A stretch of DNA of 58,846 nt from Parcubacteria group bacterium (GTDB lineage Bacteria > Patescibacteriota > Minisyncoccia > Moranbacterales > UBA11712): the NCBI GenBank assembly GCA_041659065.1, contig JBAZYY010000001.1:1-58846 (forward strand). Direction: 5' to 3'. Numbering within the stretch: the first letter of the stretch is position 1; every line of letters starts with the position of its first letter. Positions 36,039-44,736 of the stretch are shown in pieces. Under the pieces are notes generated by a model that was not told where the DNA came from, made no database searches, and saw nothing but the letters and a program-made list of their open reading frames with translations. The translations under genes and the position numbers were made by a program.

Positions 36039-37784
36039 ATGAAATGTTCTGATTTCATTGCTGAATTCTTAAAGACCCAAGGTATTGGAGTGGTTTTTGA
36101 TTTTACTGGTGGCATGATAACGAATATAGAAGATTCAATCAGTCGGTTGCAAGGAATTGAATGCTTGCCAGTAAGACATGAACAGGCGGCTGGATTTGCG
36201 GCCGAAGGTTATGCTCGCGCCAATAAAAACTTTGGTGTTGCTATTTCCACAAGCGGTCCGGGAGCGACTAATATGATTACTGCGATTGGGAGTTGTTATT
36301 TTGATTCAACTCCAACTTTATTTATTACCGGACAAGTCAATTCGAAGGAACTACGCAGTAGTAAAGACATCAGACAAAACGGTTTTCAAGAATTAGATAT
36401 TGTTGAAATGGTTAAAGAGGTTACTAAATACGCAAAATTAATCTTAGATCCAAATGATATTTTGTACGAATTGGGGAAAGCATTATTTTTAATGAAAAAT
36501 GGTCGTCCGGGTCCAATCTTATTAGACATACCTTTTAATGTTCAATCAGCTGAAATAGAGCCATCAACGCTCAAAAAATTCAATGAATCAAAAGAGTATA
36601 AAAAAACTTATAAAGAGGAATTTTGTAGCTTTCCTGATTTCAATAAATTGTCGGAATTGTTGGAAAAATCCAACGCTCCGATTGTTTTATTTGGTAATGG
36701 AATAAAGCTTTCTAAGACAAGTAGTAAGTTAAAAAATTTTTTAAATAAAAATAATTTACCATCAGTGAGTTCGCTTTTGGGTTTAGGTGAGATTACAACC
36801 GAGCAAAGAAATTACTTGGGTTTTATTGGTACTTATGGTAATCGGAGTGCAAATATTATCCTCGCTAATGCTGATTTAATAATCGTTCTTGGTTCGAGAT
36901 TAGACTTGAGACAGACTGGCAATCCAAGTTTATTTGCCAATAATGCAAAAATTTTTCATGTCGATATTGATGAGTTTTCAAAAAAAGATAGTTTTAAGGA
37001 TTATTTTTTTATTAACTCTGATTTGAATAATTTTTTTGATGAGATAGGTGCCTTAGAAGTTCCGACTAATTTAAAATGGTTAAACTTCATTGAGTCAGTT
37101 AAGAAAAACTTTAATGATGAATATTTAGAGACAGATGAATATTGTAACCCAAATTTATTTTTTGAGAATTTTTCTAGCATGGCATCTAAAAATTCTGTAA
37201 TTATAGCTGACGTCGGACAAAATCAAATGTGGTTAGCACAGTCATGGAAAATTAAGGATGGACAAAGCCTACTGTTTAGCGGTGGCATGGGGGCAATGGG
37301 ATTTTCTTTGCCAACGTCAATTGGTGCTTATTGTGCTGATAAGTCCAAGTCGGTTTGTTCATTTATGGGTGACGGTGGTGTCCAAATTAATATCCAAGAA
37401 CTTGAGACAATAAAATATAATAATTTGCCAATTAAAATTTTTGTTTTAAATAATAACTCGCTAGGAATGGTTCGGGAATTTCAAGATCAGTATTTTAATA
37501 AAAATTATCAGTCAACAGTTATCGGTTATTCTTGCCCTAATTTAGAAAAAATTGCTGATGCTTATGGAATAAAATATTTTAAAATTAGTAAATCAGATAA
37601 TTTTGATTTGTATACTGAAATAATTGATTATAATGGTCCAGCTATTATTGAAGTTAAATTAAGTCCCCAATCAACACTTCAGCCAAAGGTTGTTTATGGG
37701 GAATCAATTGAGAATCAGGCGCCATTTCTCAGTGATGAAAAAAAAGAAATATTGCGAATATTAAAAGAGAGGTTTTTGGATTAA
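36039..37784 (+). CDS. Thiamine-pyrophosphate enzyme of the acetolactate-synthase large-subunit family (YerE-like branching enzyme candidate)
   Basis: N-terminal TPP-pyrimidine domain (VRHEQAAGFAAEGYAR ... STSGPGATN) and a C-terminal GDG-x(24-27)-NN TPP motif (MGDGGVQ...VLNNNSLGMV). Confidence 0.87.
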   Translation: MKCSDFIAEFLKTQGIGVVFDFTGGMITNIEDSISRLQGIECLPVRHEQAAGFAAEGYARANKNFGVAISTSGPGATNMITAIGSCYFDSTPTLFITGQVNSKELRSSKDIRQNGFQELDIVEMVKEVTKYAKLILDPNDILYELGKALFLMKNGRPGPILLDIPFNVQSAEIEPSTLKKFNESKEYKKTYKEEFCSFPDFNKLSELLEKSNAPIVLFGNGIKLSKTSSKLKNFLNKNNLPSVSSLLGLGEITTEQRNYLGFIGTYGNRSANIILANADLIIVLGSRLDLRQTGNPSLFANNAKIFHVDIDEFSKKDSFKDYFFINSDLNNFFDEIGALEVPTNLKWLNFIESVKKNFNDEYLETDEYCNPNLFFENFSSMASKNSVIIADVGQNQMWLAQSWKIKDGQSLLFSGGMGAMGFSLPTSIGAYCADKSKSVCSFMGDGGVQINIQELETIKYNNLPIKIFVLNNNSLGMVREFQDQYFNKNYQSTVIGYSCPNLEKIADAYGIKYFKISKSDNFDLYTEIIDYNGPAIIEVKLSPQSTLQPKVVYGESIENQAPFLSDEKKEILRILKERFLD

Positions 37785-37789
37785 TTTAT

Positions 37790-38659
37790 ATGAAGGTTTT
37801 CTTAACTGGAGGAAATGGATTTATCGGTAAAAATATAATAGAACAGCTCGGTGATAAATATGAGATATTATCACCTGTGCGGCAGGAGCTTAATCTTTTA
37901 GATTCTTGTGCCGTTTTTGAATATTTAAAAATTAATAAACCGGAAATAGTTTTACATGTCGCCGCCGCTGGAGCCAACAGGAAAGATAATTTAAAACCAA
38001 ATATATTAAAAAATAACTTAATTATTTTTTATAACCTATTGGCCGCCAAAGAATATTTTAATAGGATGATCGTTTTTGGTTCAGGAGCGGAATACGATAA
38101 ACGTAATAATCTGCATCTTGTCGGAGAAAAAGACTTTGGTCGCAGTATTCCGGAAGATGAATATGGTTTAGCGAAATTTACCATGGCTAAGTTGGCAGTT
38201 AATTTGGATTTCATTACTCATCTAAGGTTTTTTGGTGTATTTGGTGAGCATGAAGATTTTCAAACTAGATTTATCTCTAATTCAATCTGCAAAGTTTTAT
38301 TTGACCTTCCGATAACAATGAATCAAAATGTTTATTTTGATTATATTTATGTTAAAGATGCTGTTAATATAATAGATAGATTTATAGAAAATAAATCAAG
38401 AGATATTTTTTATAATGTCGGTAGCGGGAAACAGATTGATCTTTTGACTATAGCAAAAATTATTTTAGATATAACTAAAAAAGATTTACCGATTAAAATA
38501 GCCAAGAGAGGTCTCAATAATGAATATACATGCGATATAAGTAAGCTTAAAAACGAATTTTCAGAATTGGAATTTATTGATGTAAAAAATGCGATAACAG
38601 AAATGGTGGAATACTATAAGACGATCTTACCGAGTTTAAATAAGAAATCATTTATTTAA
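37790..38659 (+). CDS. NAD(P)-dependent sugar epimerase/reductase (extended SDR)
   Basis: TGGNGFIGKN Rossmann motif and a YGLAK YxxxK. Confidence 0.8.
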   Translation: MKVFLTGGNGFIGKNIIEQLGDKYEILSPVRQELNLLDSCAVFEYLKINKPEIVLHVAAAGANRKDNLKPNILKNNLIIFYNLLAAKEYFNRMIVFGSGAEYDKRNNLHLVGEKDFGRSIPEDEYGLAKFTMAKLAVNLDFITHLRFFGVFGEHEDFQTRFISNSICKVLFDLPITMNQNVYFDYIYVKDAVNIIDRFIENKSRDIFYNVGSGKQIDLLTIAKIILDITKKDLPIKIAKRGLNNEYTCDISKLKNEFSELEFIDVKNAITEMVEYYKTILPSLNKKSFI

Positions 38660-38666
38660 TATTATC

Positions 38667-39971
38667 ATGGAAATATTGCATTCCGAGATAAGGAAAATAT
38701 TTAATTCTAAATTTTCCGTCAAGCCTTTCATTTCTGGAGAATCTTCAGTTCCTGTTTCTGGAAAAGTTTTTGACGAGAAAGAATTGGTAATGATGGTTGA
38801 GGCAGTTATGGATGGTTGGTGGACAGAAGGAAAATATGCGGCTAAATTCGAAAAAAAACTGGCTAATTTTTTTGGTCTGAAGTTTTGCGCCGCTGTTAAT
38901 TCTGGTTCATCTGCAAATTTATTGGCGATAAGCGCCTTGACTTCTTTCAGATTATCCGATGAGAAGCGTCTTAAAAAAGGTGATGAAATAATCACTGTTG
39001 CCGCTGGTTTTCCAACTACGATTAATCCAATTATTCAAAACGGACTCGTTCCGGTTTTTGTAGATGTTGCTTTGGGAAATTATAATGCGTCGCTAGAGAA
39101 TATTAAAAAAGCTATCACTAAAAAAACTAAGGCAGTCTTTATCGCCCATACCCTTGGCAATCCTTCTGAGGTGGCAGAATTAAGGAAGCTTTGCGATAAA
39201 AATAAGCTTTGGCTTATTGAAGATAATTGTGATGCGCTTGGTTCAATGTATGAGGGACAGCTCACCGGAACTTTCGGGCACATATCAACATGTAGCTTTT
39301 ATCCCGCGCACCACATCACTATGGCCGAGGGCGGTGCAGTTTTAACTAACGATCCAGTATTAAGTAAGGTTATAAGATCATTGCGAGATTGGGGGCGCGA
39401 TTGTGTTTGTCCAACTGGGGTTGATAATTTTTGCAGAAATCGTTTTGGTTGGAAACTTGGAGATTTGCCACAAGGTTATGATCATAAATATATTTATAGC
39501 GAAATTGGATATAATTTGAAAATCACCGATATTCAAGCATCATTAGGCTTGGCTCAGCTCGATAAACTTCCTGGATTTATTCAAAAAAGAAAAGATAATT
39601 TTTCTTATCTATATTCTGCTTTTAGAAAAATGGATAAATATTTTATTTTACCGGAATGGAGCAGTAAGGCTGATCCGAGTTGGTTTGGGTTTTTATTAAC
39701 AATTAGGCATGGAGCTGGATTTTCCAGGGAAGATCTGTTGAGATATTTGAATGATAAAAAAATTGGTGTGCGCTTGTTGTTTGCTGGGAATATAACAAAA
39801 CAACCGTATTTCAAGAATTACGATATTGATTATAGAATTTCTGGTGATTTGAAAAATACCGATGAAATTATGAAGAATACTTTCTGGATCGGCGTCTATC
39901 CTGGTCTAAATAAGGCGATGTTGGATTATGTCGTTAAGTCTTTTGAGGAATTTTTAGAAACAGTTAATTGA
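38667..39971 (+). CDS. rfbH: CDP-6-deoxy-L-threo-D-glycero-4-hexulose-3-dehydrase (E1; RfbH/DdhC)
   Basis: Long collinear strings shared with RfbH: VITVAAGFPTT, FYPAHHITM.EGGAV, RDWGRDC.C, LPQGYDHKY.YS..GYNLK, DPSWFGF, RLLFAGN and TFWIG.YPGL. Confidence 0.94.
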   Translation: MEILHSEIRKIFNSKFSVKPFISGESSVPVSGKVFDEKELVMMVEAVMDGWWTEGKYAAKFEKKLANFFGLKFCAAVNSGSSANLLAISALTSFRLSDEKRLKKGDEIITVAAGFPTTINPIIQNGLVPVFVDVALGNYNASLENIKKAITKKTKAVFIAHTLGNPSEVAELRKLCDKNKLWLIEDNCDALGSMYEGQLTGTFGHISTCSFYPAHHITMAEGGAVLTNDPVLSKVIRSLRDWGRDCVCPTGVDNFCRNRFGWKLGDLPQGYDHKYIYSEIGYNLKITDIQASLGLAQLDKLPGFIQKRKDNFSYLYSAFRKMDKYFILPEWSSKADPSWFGFLLTIRHGAGFSREDLLRYLNDKKIGVRLLFAGNITKQPYFKNYDIDYRISGDLKNTDEIMKNTFWIGVYPGLNKAMLDYVVKSFEEFLETVN

Positions 39972-40066
39972 TAGGGAACTCAGCGAGAACCGTCCTCGGA
40001 AAAGCTGTTTTCTCAAGTTAATGGTTTTATCAATGATATAGATCGGCCGTAGCTAAATTTATTACT

Positions 40067-42199
40067 ATGAGCGCGGTTTCACAATACTTATATAAATTCT
40101 ATCAGGTGCGCGTAAAAAAATATATTCCTCGCTCTTTTTTCAGGGCGATGAACAGTGTTTTTGGTTCGCTGAATTGGCAGCAGCACAAGTTCATCGGCGC
40201 AAGGCGAAAAAGCATCAGGGGGCGCTATCTTTTTGACTTAAAAAAAATCGAGAATTTGGAATTTTCAAATATTCAGGAGATTAAATTCGAAAAACAAGAT
40301 GCTCCCGAAATTTCCATAATAATTCCGGCGTTCAATAAGTGGAGGTTCACCTATAATTGTCTGTCTTCGATCAGAAAAAATGCGCGTGGAGCGGCGTACG
40401 AAATAATCATTGTGGACAATGCTTCGACTGACGAAACCTCGGACCTCTTTCGAGATAAGATTAAAAACGTAAAATATCTGAGGCAGGAGGAAAATCTTAA
40501 TTTTGTGGGAGGCAACAACGAAGGACTGAAACAGGCTAGTGGAAAATATATAGCTTTCTTGAACAACGATACCTTCGTGTTTCCCGGATGGCTTGAAAAC
40601 CTGAAAGCCGTTTTAGACAGGGACGAAAAGATTGGCCTGGTGGGATCCAAGCTGATTTATCCCGATGGGGCGCTTCAGGAAGCGGGCGGAATTGTTTGGA
40701 AAAATGGGAATGCCTGGAATTACGGGCACTGCGAAGATCCCAATGATTTCGAGTTCAATTACGTGAAAGACGTTGATTATTGCTCGGCGGCTTCGATAAT
40801 GGTCCGAGCGGAGTTGCTCCAACAGTTGGGCGGTTTTGACGCGCTGTATCAACCGGCCTATTTCGAGGATACGGATCTGGCGTTCAGGGTGAGACAATCG
40901 GGTTTCAGGACGGTTTATCAGCCCGCATCAGAGGTTATTCATTTTGAGGGCGTGACTGCCGGGAAAAACGCCAAAGAGGGATTCAAAAAATATCAGGAAA
41001 AAAACAAACATAAGTTTTTTGGGCGCTGGAAGGAGGTTTTACTGGGTGAGAATCCTGAAGAGGGAAAAGAGAATGCTTATCTGGCCAGAGACCGCTCCCA
41101 GTTGAAAAAAATTCTGCTATTCGTGGATAATGAAGTTCCCAGCTATGACAAGGATGCCGGATCTTATATTGTTCTTGAATATCTGAAAATATTTATCGAC
41201 TTAGGCTATAAAATTGTTTTCTGGCCGCATAGCTTGAGCAAAAATGAACCCTATGTTTCGAATTTGCAGCAAATGGGCATCGAAGTTGTCTATGGCGGAG
41301 AAAACTTTTCAAGTTATATCAAAAGATATGGAAAGCACTTGGATTTGGCCGTCCTGTCGCGCCCTAATATAGCCGAAAATTATCTTAATAAAATTAGAAA
41401 AAATTCGAGGGCAAAAATATTATATTTGGCGCATGATCTGCACTTCCTGAGAGAGATGAGAGAAAGCCAAATCGGAAATAAGAATGGGCTGCAGGAAAAA
41501 TATTCCGGAACTCGCGAAAGAGAAATTGATATAATGAAAAAAAGCGACCTGTCACTTGTCTTCAGCGGCGAGGAAGAAAAAATTATCAGAAAAGATTATC
41601 CAGAAATTAAGATTGAAACAATTCCCTGGATTGAAAAGGTGGATGAAAGAATAGTCAAAAAAGATTTTAGGGAAAGAACGGGCCTGTTATTTCTAGGGGG
41701 ATTTGGTCATCCGCCGAATGTCGACGCGGTCAAATGGCTTCAGGATGAAATACTTCCAATGCTGAAACAGAAAATACCCGGCATTTTTGCCACGGTCGTA
41801 GGCAGCAAATCGCCCAAAGAAATTTTGGCTTTGAATTCGGAAGATTTTAGGATTGCCGGCTTTGTTGAAGACGAAGATTTAACGAAATATTTCGCGCGTC
41901 ACCGGGTTTTCATCAGTCCGCTGCGTTTCGGCGCGGGGTTCAAAGGAAAGATTGCCAGATCCATGGCATGTGGCCTCCCAGTCGTGACTACTTCCCTAGG
42001 CGCGGAGGGAATGGGCCTTACGGACGGGGAAACCGCGTTAATTGCGGACACTGCGGAAGGGCTGGTGGAAAAGATAAGTAATCTATATAAAAACGAAGCT
42101 TTGTGGAACGCTATTTCAAAAAATTCTCTTGAGTACATAAAAAATAACTGTTCCGTAGAGAATGCCAAGAAAGTGATGAGTAAAATTCTAGCGGAGTGA
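40067..42199 (+). CDS. Bifunctional glycosyltransferase (N-terminal GT2, C-terminal GT4)
   Basis: ISIIIPAFN ... IIVDNASTDET in the N-terminal half and FGAGFKGKIARSMACGLPVVTT in the C-terminal half. Confidence 0.87.
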   Translation: MSAVSQYLYKFYQVRVKKYIPRSFFRAMNSVFGSLNWQQHKFIGARRKSIRGRYLFDLKKIENLEFSNIQEIKFEKQDAPEISIIIPAFNKWRFTYNCLSSIRKNARGAAYEIIIVDNASTDETSDLFRDKIKNVKYLRQEENLNFVGGNNEGLKQASGKYIAFLNNDTFVFPGWLENLKAVLDRDEKIGLVGSKLIYPDGALQEAGGIVWKNGNAWNYGHCEDPNDFEFNYVKDVDYCSAASIMVRAELLQQLGGFDALYQPAYFEDTDLAFRVRQSGFRTVYQPASEVIHFEGVTAGKNAKEGFKKYQEKNKHKFFGRWKEVLLGENPEEGKENAYLARDRSQLKKILLFVDNEVPSYDKDAGSYIVLEYLKIFIDLGYKIVFWPHSLSKNEPYVSNLQQMGIEVVYGGENFSSYIKRYGKHLDLAVLSRPNIAENYLNKIRKNSRAKILYLAHDLHFLREMRESQIGNKNGLQEKYSGTREREIDIMKKSDLSLVFSGEEEKIIRKDYPEIKIETIPWIEKVDERIVKKDFRERTGLLFLGGFGHPPNVDAVKWLQDEILPMLKQKIPGIFATVVGSKSPKEILALNSEDFRIAGFVEDEDLTKYFARHRVFISPLRFGAGFKGKIARSMACGLPVVTTSLGAEGMGLTDGETALIADTAEGLVEKISNLYKNEALWNAISKNSLEYIKNNCSVENAKKVMSKILAE

Positions 42200-42289
42200 G
42201 GATTTTTAAGCGTCAAAAAACAATAAAAAAACCGGCACTTGGTCGGAAATCTACTTGAGTTTCAACAGGCTAGGCAAATTTTTTTTCCA
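42164..42289 (+). repeat. Direct repeat A (3' end of the GT gene, terminator region and a relic of the 3' end of a convergent gene)
   Basis: Ungapped alignment with 44185-44310 gives 106/126 identical positions by hand count. Confidence 0.9.
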
Positions 42290-42520
42290 GTTTTTTGCAA
42301 TATTTCAGCCAAACCTTAAATTTGGCTATTTCCTATGAATTGTTTGAGATGTACCTTAAACAATCGGAAGAGCCAAAAGCGGGTTTTTCTTGAATTTGGG
42401 CATTTTTCGGACTATTCGAAGATTACTCTTCTATAATATCCCATTTTCTGATAAAATTCAATTGTCGGACGGTTCGTTCGGACATATTTGACAAGATGCA
42501 GGCTTCTGGTATCATATAGA

Positions 42521-42564
42521 TGCGTTTCCGTGCATTATAATATTTTATAAAATAAAGAAACGCA
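42521..42564 (+). promoter_or_regulatory. Candidate AbiEi operator: an inverted repeat bracketing a TATAAT box
   Basis: TGCGTTTC (42521-42528) and GAAACGCA (42557-42564) flank ...GCATTATAATATTTTATAAAATAAA..., 24 nt upstream of the ATG. Confidence 0.4.
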
Positions 42565-42587
42565 AATTATCGAACTAAGCCTTATAT

Positions 42588-43208
42588 ATGCATTTTTTCG
42601 ACTTTGAGAAAAAAATGGTTGATTATCCTGTTTTTACCGTTCAAGAGGTGAAAAATATATTTTTTGACGAAACAAATTTGTCCGTTCAAACTTCACAGTG
42701 GGTCAAAAAAGGCTATCTTGAGAGAATCAAAAAAGGCTTGTATATTCTTTCGAATCGCAAAAAAGAAATCAATCCGATGGTTTTGGCGGAAAAAATTTAT
42801 TCGCCTTCCTATTTGAGCCTTGAATTCGCACTGAACCACTATGGAATCATTCCGGATATTCCCGGGACATACACATCCGTGAGTTCGCGAAAAACCATGA
42901 ATTTCAAAACAAACTTTGGCTATTTTTCCTATCAAAAAATCAAGCCGGAATTTTTCATTGGCTATCAACCCCTTATCGAAAAAGATGTTTCTTTTAGCCT
43001 GGCCTATCCGGAAAAGGCGATTTTGGATTTTCTTTATCTCAACAAACGCCGATTGAAAGCTGATCCGGCTTTTTGGAATGAAATGAGAATCGATGAGGAC
43101 TTCAGGTTTGACAAAAAACAAATTGAATTCTATAAGAGAATTTTCCGGGACAAGAAAGTGGATATTTTGATTGACAGTTTATTGGAATATCAAAAAAATG
43201 CTCGATAA
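42588..43208 (+). CDS. AbiEi family antitoxin-like transcriptional regulator
   Basis: N-terminal FTVQEVKNIF...WVKKGYLERIKKGLYIL winged-helix pattern typical of the AbiEi_4 domain, located upstream of an AbiEii gene. Confidence 0.83.
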   Translation: MHFFDFEKKMVDYPVFTVQEVKNIFFDETNLSVQTSQWVKKGYLERIKKGLYILSNRKKEINPMVLAEKIYSPSYLSLEFALNHYGIIPDIPGTYTSVSSRKTMNFKTNFGYFSYQKIKPEFFIGYQPLIEKDVSFSLAYPEKAILDFLYLNKRRLKADPAFWNEMRIDEDFRFDKKQIEFYKRIFRDKKVDILIDSLLEYQKNAR

Positions 43209-44004
43209 AAATTTTTTGGAAGATTACAACAAAAGAAACGCGATTCCGGTGAATCCGCGCCGCAATTTGACCGAATATCTGCAATCGGAAATTCTGGCTG
43301 CGCTATACGAATCGAAATATGGCCGCCATTTTTCGTTTATGGGAGGGACATGCTTGCGTTTCGTGCACAAAATAGACCGGTTCTCGGAAGATTTGGATTT
43401 TGATTTGATTTTGAAACAAGGAAATCCGGATATCAAGGGTGTGGCGGATTATATCGAGAAAAAACTCAAAGAGTTGGGGTTCGCGGCGGAAACGCGCCTC
43501 AAGGAACGGCAAAATATTTTCGTTATTTATGTAAAATTTTCTTCGGTGATGAAGGAAATGGGCTTGAGCGGCATGGCCGGTCAGAAGTTGACAGTGAAAT
43601 TCGAAGTTGATCCAAATCCGCCGAAAAAAATTGAAATTGAATCAAAAGAAATTTCAGCTTACGGAAAGACTTTCAATCTTGCTTGCAACGCGCTAGAGAC
43701 TCTTTTCGCGCAAAAAATTATCGCGGCGTCTTTCAGGCCATTCCAGAAGGGGAGAGATTTTTATGACCTCGTCTGGTTTTTACTGCAAAAAGATCTGGAG
43801 CCGAATTATGATCTTTTGCTTGAAAAGAAAATCAAGGCGCAAAATCGCGAACAACTGGTTCAAGTTTTGAAAAAAACAATCGCCAAGGCAAATCTCCCCG
43901 AAGCTGTCGCAGATGTTGAGAGATTTCTTTTTCGAAAAGAAAAAGCCAAGTGGATTTTGAATTTGCCGAAATATCTCGATGATTACGCGAAAGCAGGGAA
44001 ATAG
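43198..44004 (+). CDS. AbiEii/AbiGii family nucleotidyltransferase toxin (DUF1814)
   Basis: FMGGTCLRFVHKIDRFSEDLDFD motif. The ATG at 43198 overlaps the antitoxin stop by 11 nt. Confidence 0.86.
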   Translation: MLDKNFLEDYNKRNAIPVNPRRNLTEYLQSEILAALYESKYGRHFSFMGGTCLRFVHKIDRFSEDLDFDLILKQGNPDIKGVADYIEKKLKELGFAAETRLKERQNIFVIYVKFSSVMKEMGLSGMAGQKLTVKFEVDPNPPKKIEIESKEISAYGKTFNLACNALETLFAQKIIAASFRPFQKGRDFYDLVWFLLQKDLEPNYDLLLEKKIKAQNREQLVQVLKKTIAKANLPEAVADVERFLFRKEKAKWILNLPKYLDDYAKAGK

Positions 44005-44184
44005 GCGAAATTATAAAACTAAAAAGCCTGCAACGCAAAGCGGTTCTCTGATATAAATTTGCTTCCGTTTTACACCCAACTCCGATAATGTGTCAAGATT
44101 TTTCTACTTCGGTAGAAAAAGACAGATTTGGACAAAAGAGTCAAATGAATACCGCCGGCTCGTCTAGGCGGTTCAGCTGGGAAC

Positions 44185-44310
44185 GCCAAGAAAGTGATGA
44201 GCGAAATTTTAGCAGAGTGAGGATTCTAAAGGGATAAAAAACAACAAAAAAACCGGCGCTTGGCCGGAAATCGGAGTGAGTTTCGATAGGTTAGGCGAAT
44301 TTTTTTTCCA
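44185..44310 (+). repeat. Direct repeat B (relic of the GT gene 3' end, terminator region and the true 3' end of the 82-aa gene)
   Basis: Contains a non-functional copy of ...AKKVMSEILAE-stop, versus AKKVMSKILAE-stop at the real GT gene end. Confidence 0.9.
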
Positions 44311-44539
44311 CTTTCTCAACGCGATACTTAAGATCATTGTGGGTGAATATATCAACCTTTTTATTCAGTTCAGCTTTTATATATTCCGTATCCGACTTTA
44401 CTCCTTTGACATCGGTTTCGATCTTTTTAAATCTTCCCTCCATGTCTAAAAAACCTTCCTGAACAATTCTTGCCAAGTCGTCCATTGTCACCTCTTCTTT
44501 CTTCTCACTATTTTTTTCTTCCATCTTTTTTAGTTTCAA
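44291..44539 (-). CDS. Hypothetical coiled-coil protein
   Basis: 82-aa ORF with a TTG start. An alternative ATG at 44524 would give MEEKNSEKK.... No family recognised. Confidence 0.5.
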   Translation of the reverse strand: MKLKKMEEKNSEKKEEVTMDDLARIVQEGFLDMEGRFKKIETDVKGVKSDTEYIKAELNKKVDIFTHNDLKYRVEKVEKKFA

Positions 44540-44705
44540 CTTTTATCAGCTTGTTATCCTTGAGCATTTTAATTAGGGGCTTACTGCAAGCAAAACAAAT
44601 CTCATAAGAAGCGAACGTCATAATGTTGCCGTTGCGTGTCAGGTGAAAACGTTCCGAGCTCGAGGCTATTGTCTTTTTGCAAATATCGCATTTGGTAATT
44701 GTCAT
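44508..44705 (-). CDS. Hypothetical zinc-ribbon protein
   Basis: 65 aa with CDICKK ... CFACSK (CxxC...CxxC). Confidence 0.5.
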   Translation of the reverse strand: MTITKCDICKKTIASSSERFHLTRNGNIMTFASYEICFACSKPLIKMLKDNKLIKVETKKDGRKK

Positions 44706-44736
44706 AATCGAATTATACTGTTTGGCTTTTGTAGTG

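Noticed and set aside
44508-44539. The 32-nt overlap of the 65-aa and 82-aa minus-strand ORFs, with an A7 run, as a programmed frameshift or broken single gene
   Set aside because: The downstream ORF has an internal ATG (44524) that reduces the overlap to 17 nt. The two parts have no recognisable common family, so there is no positive evidence for a fusion.
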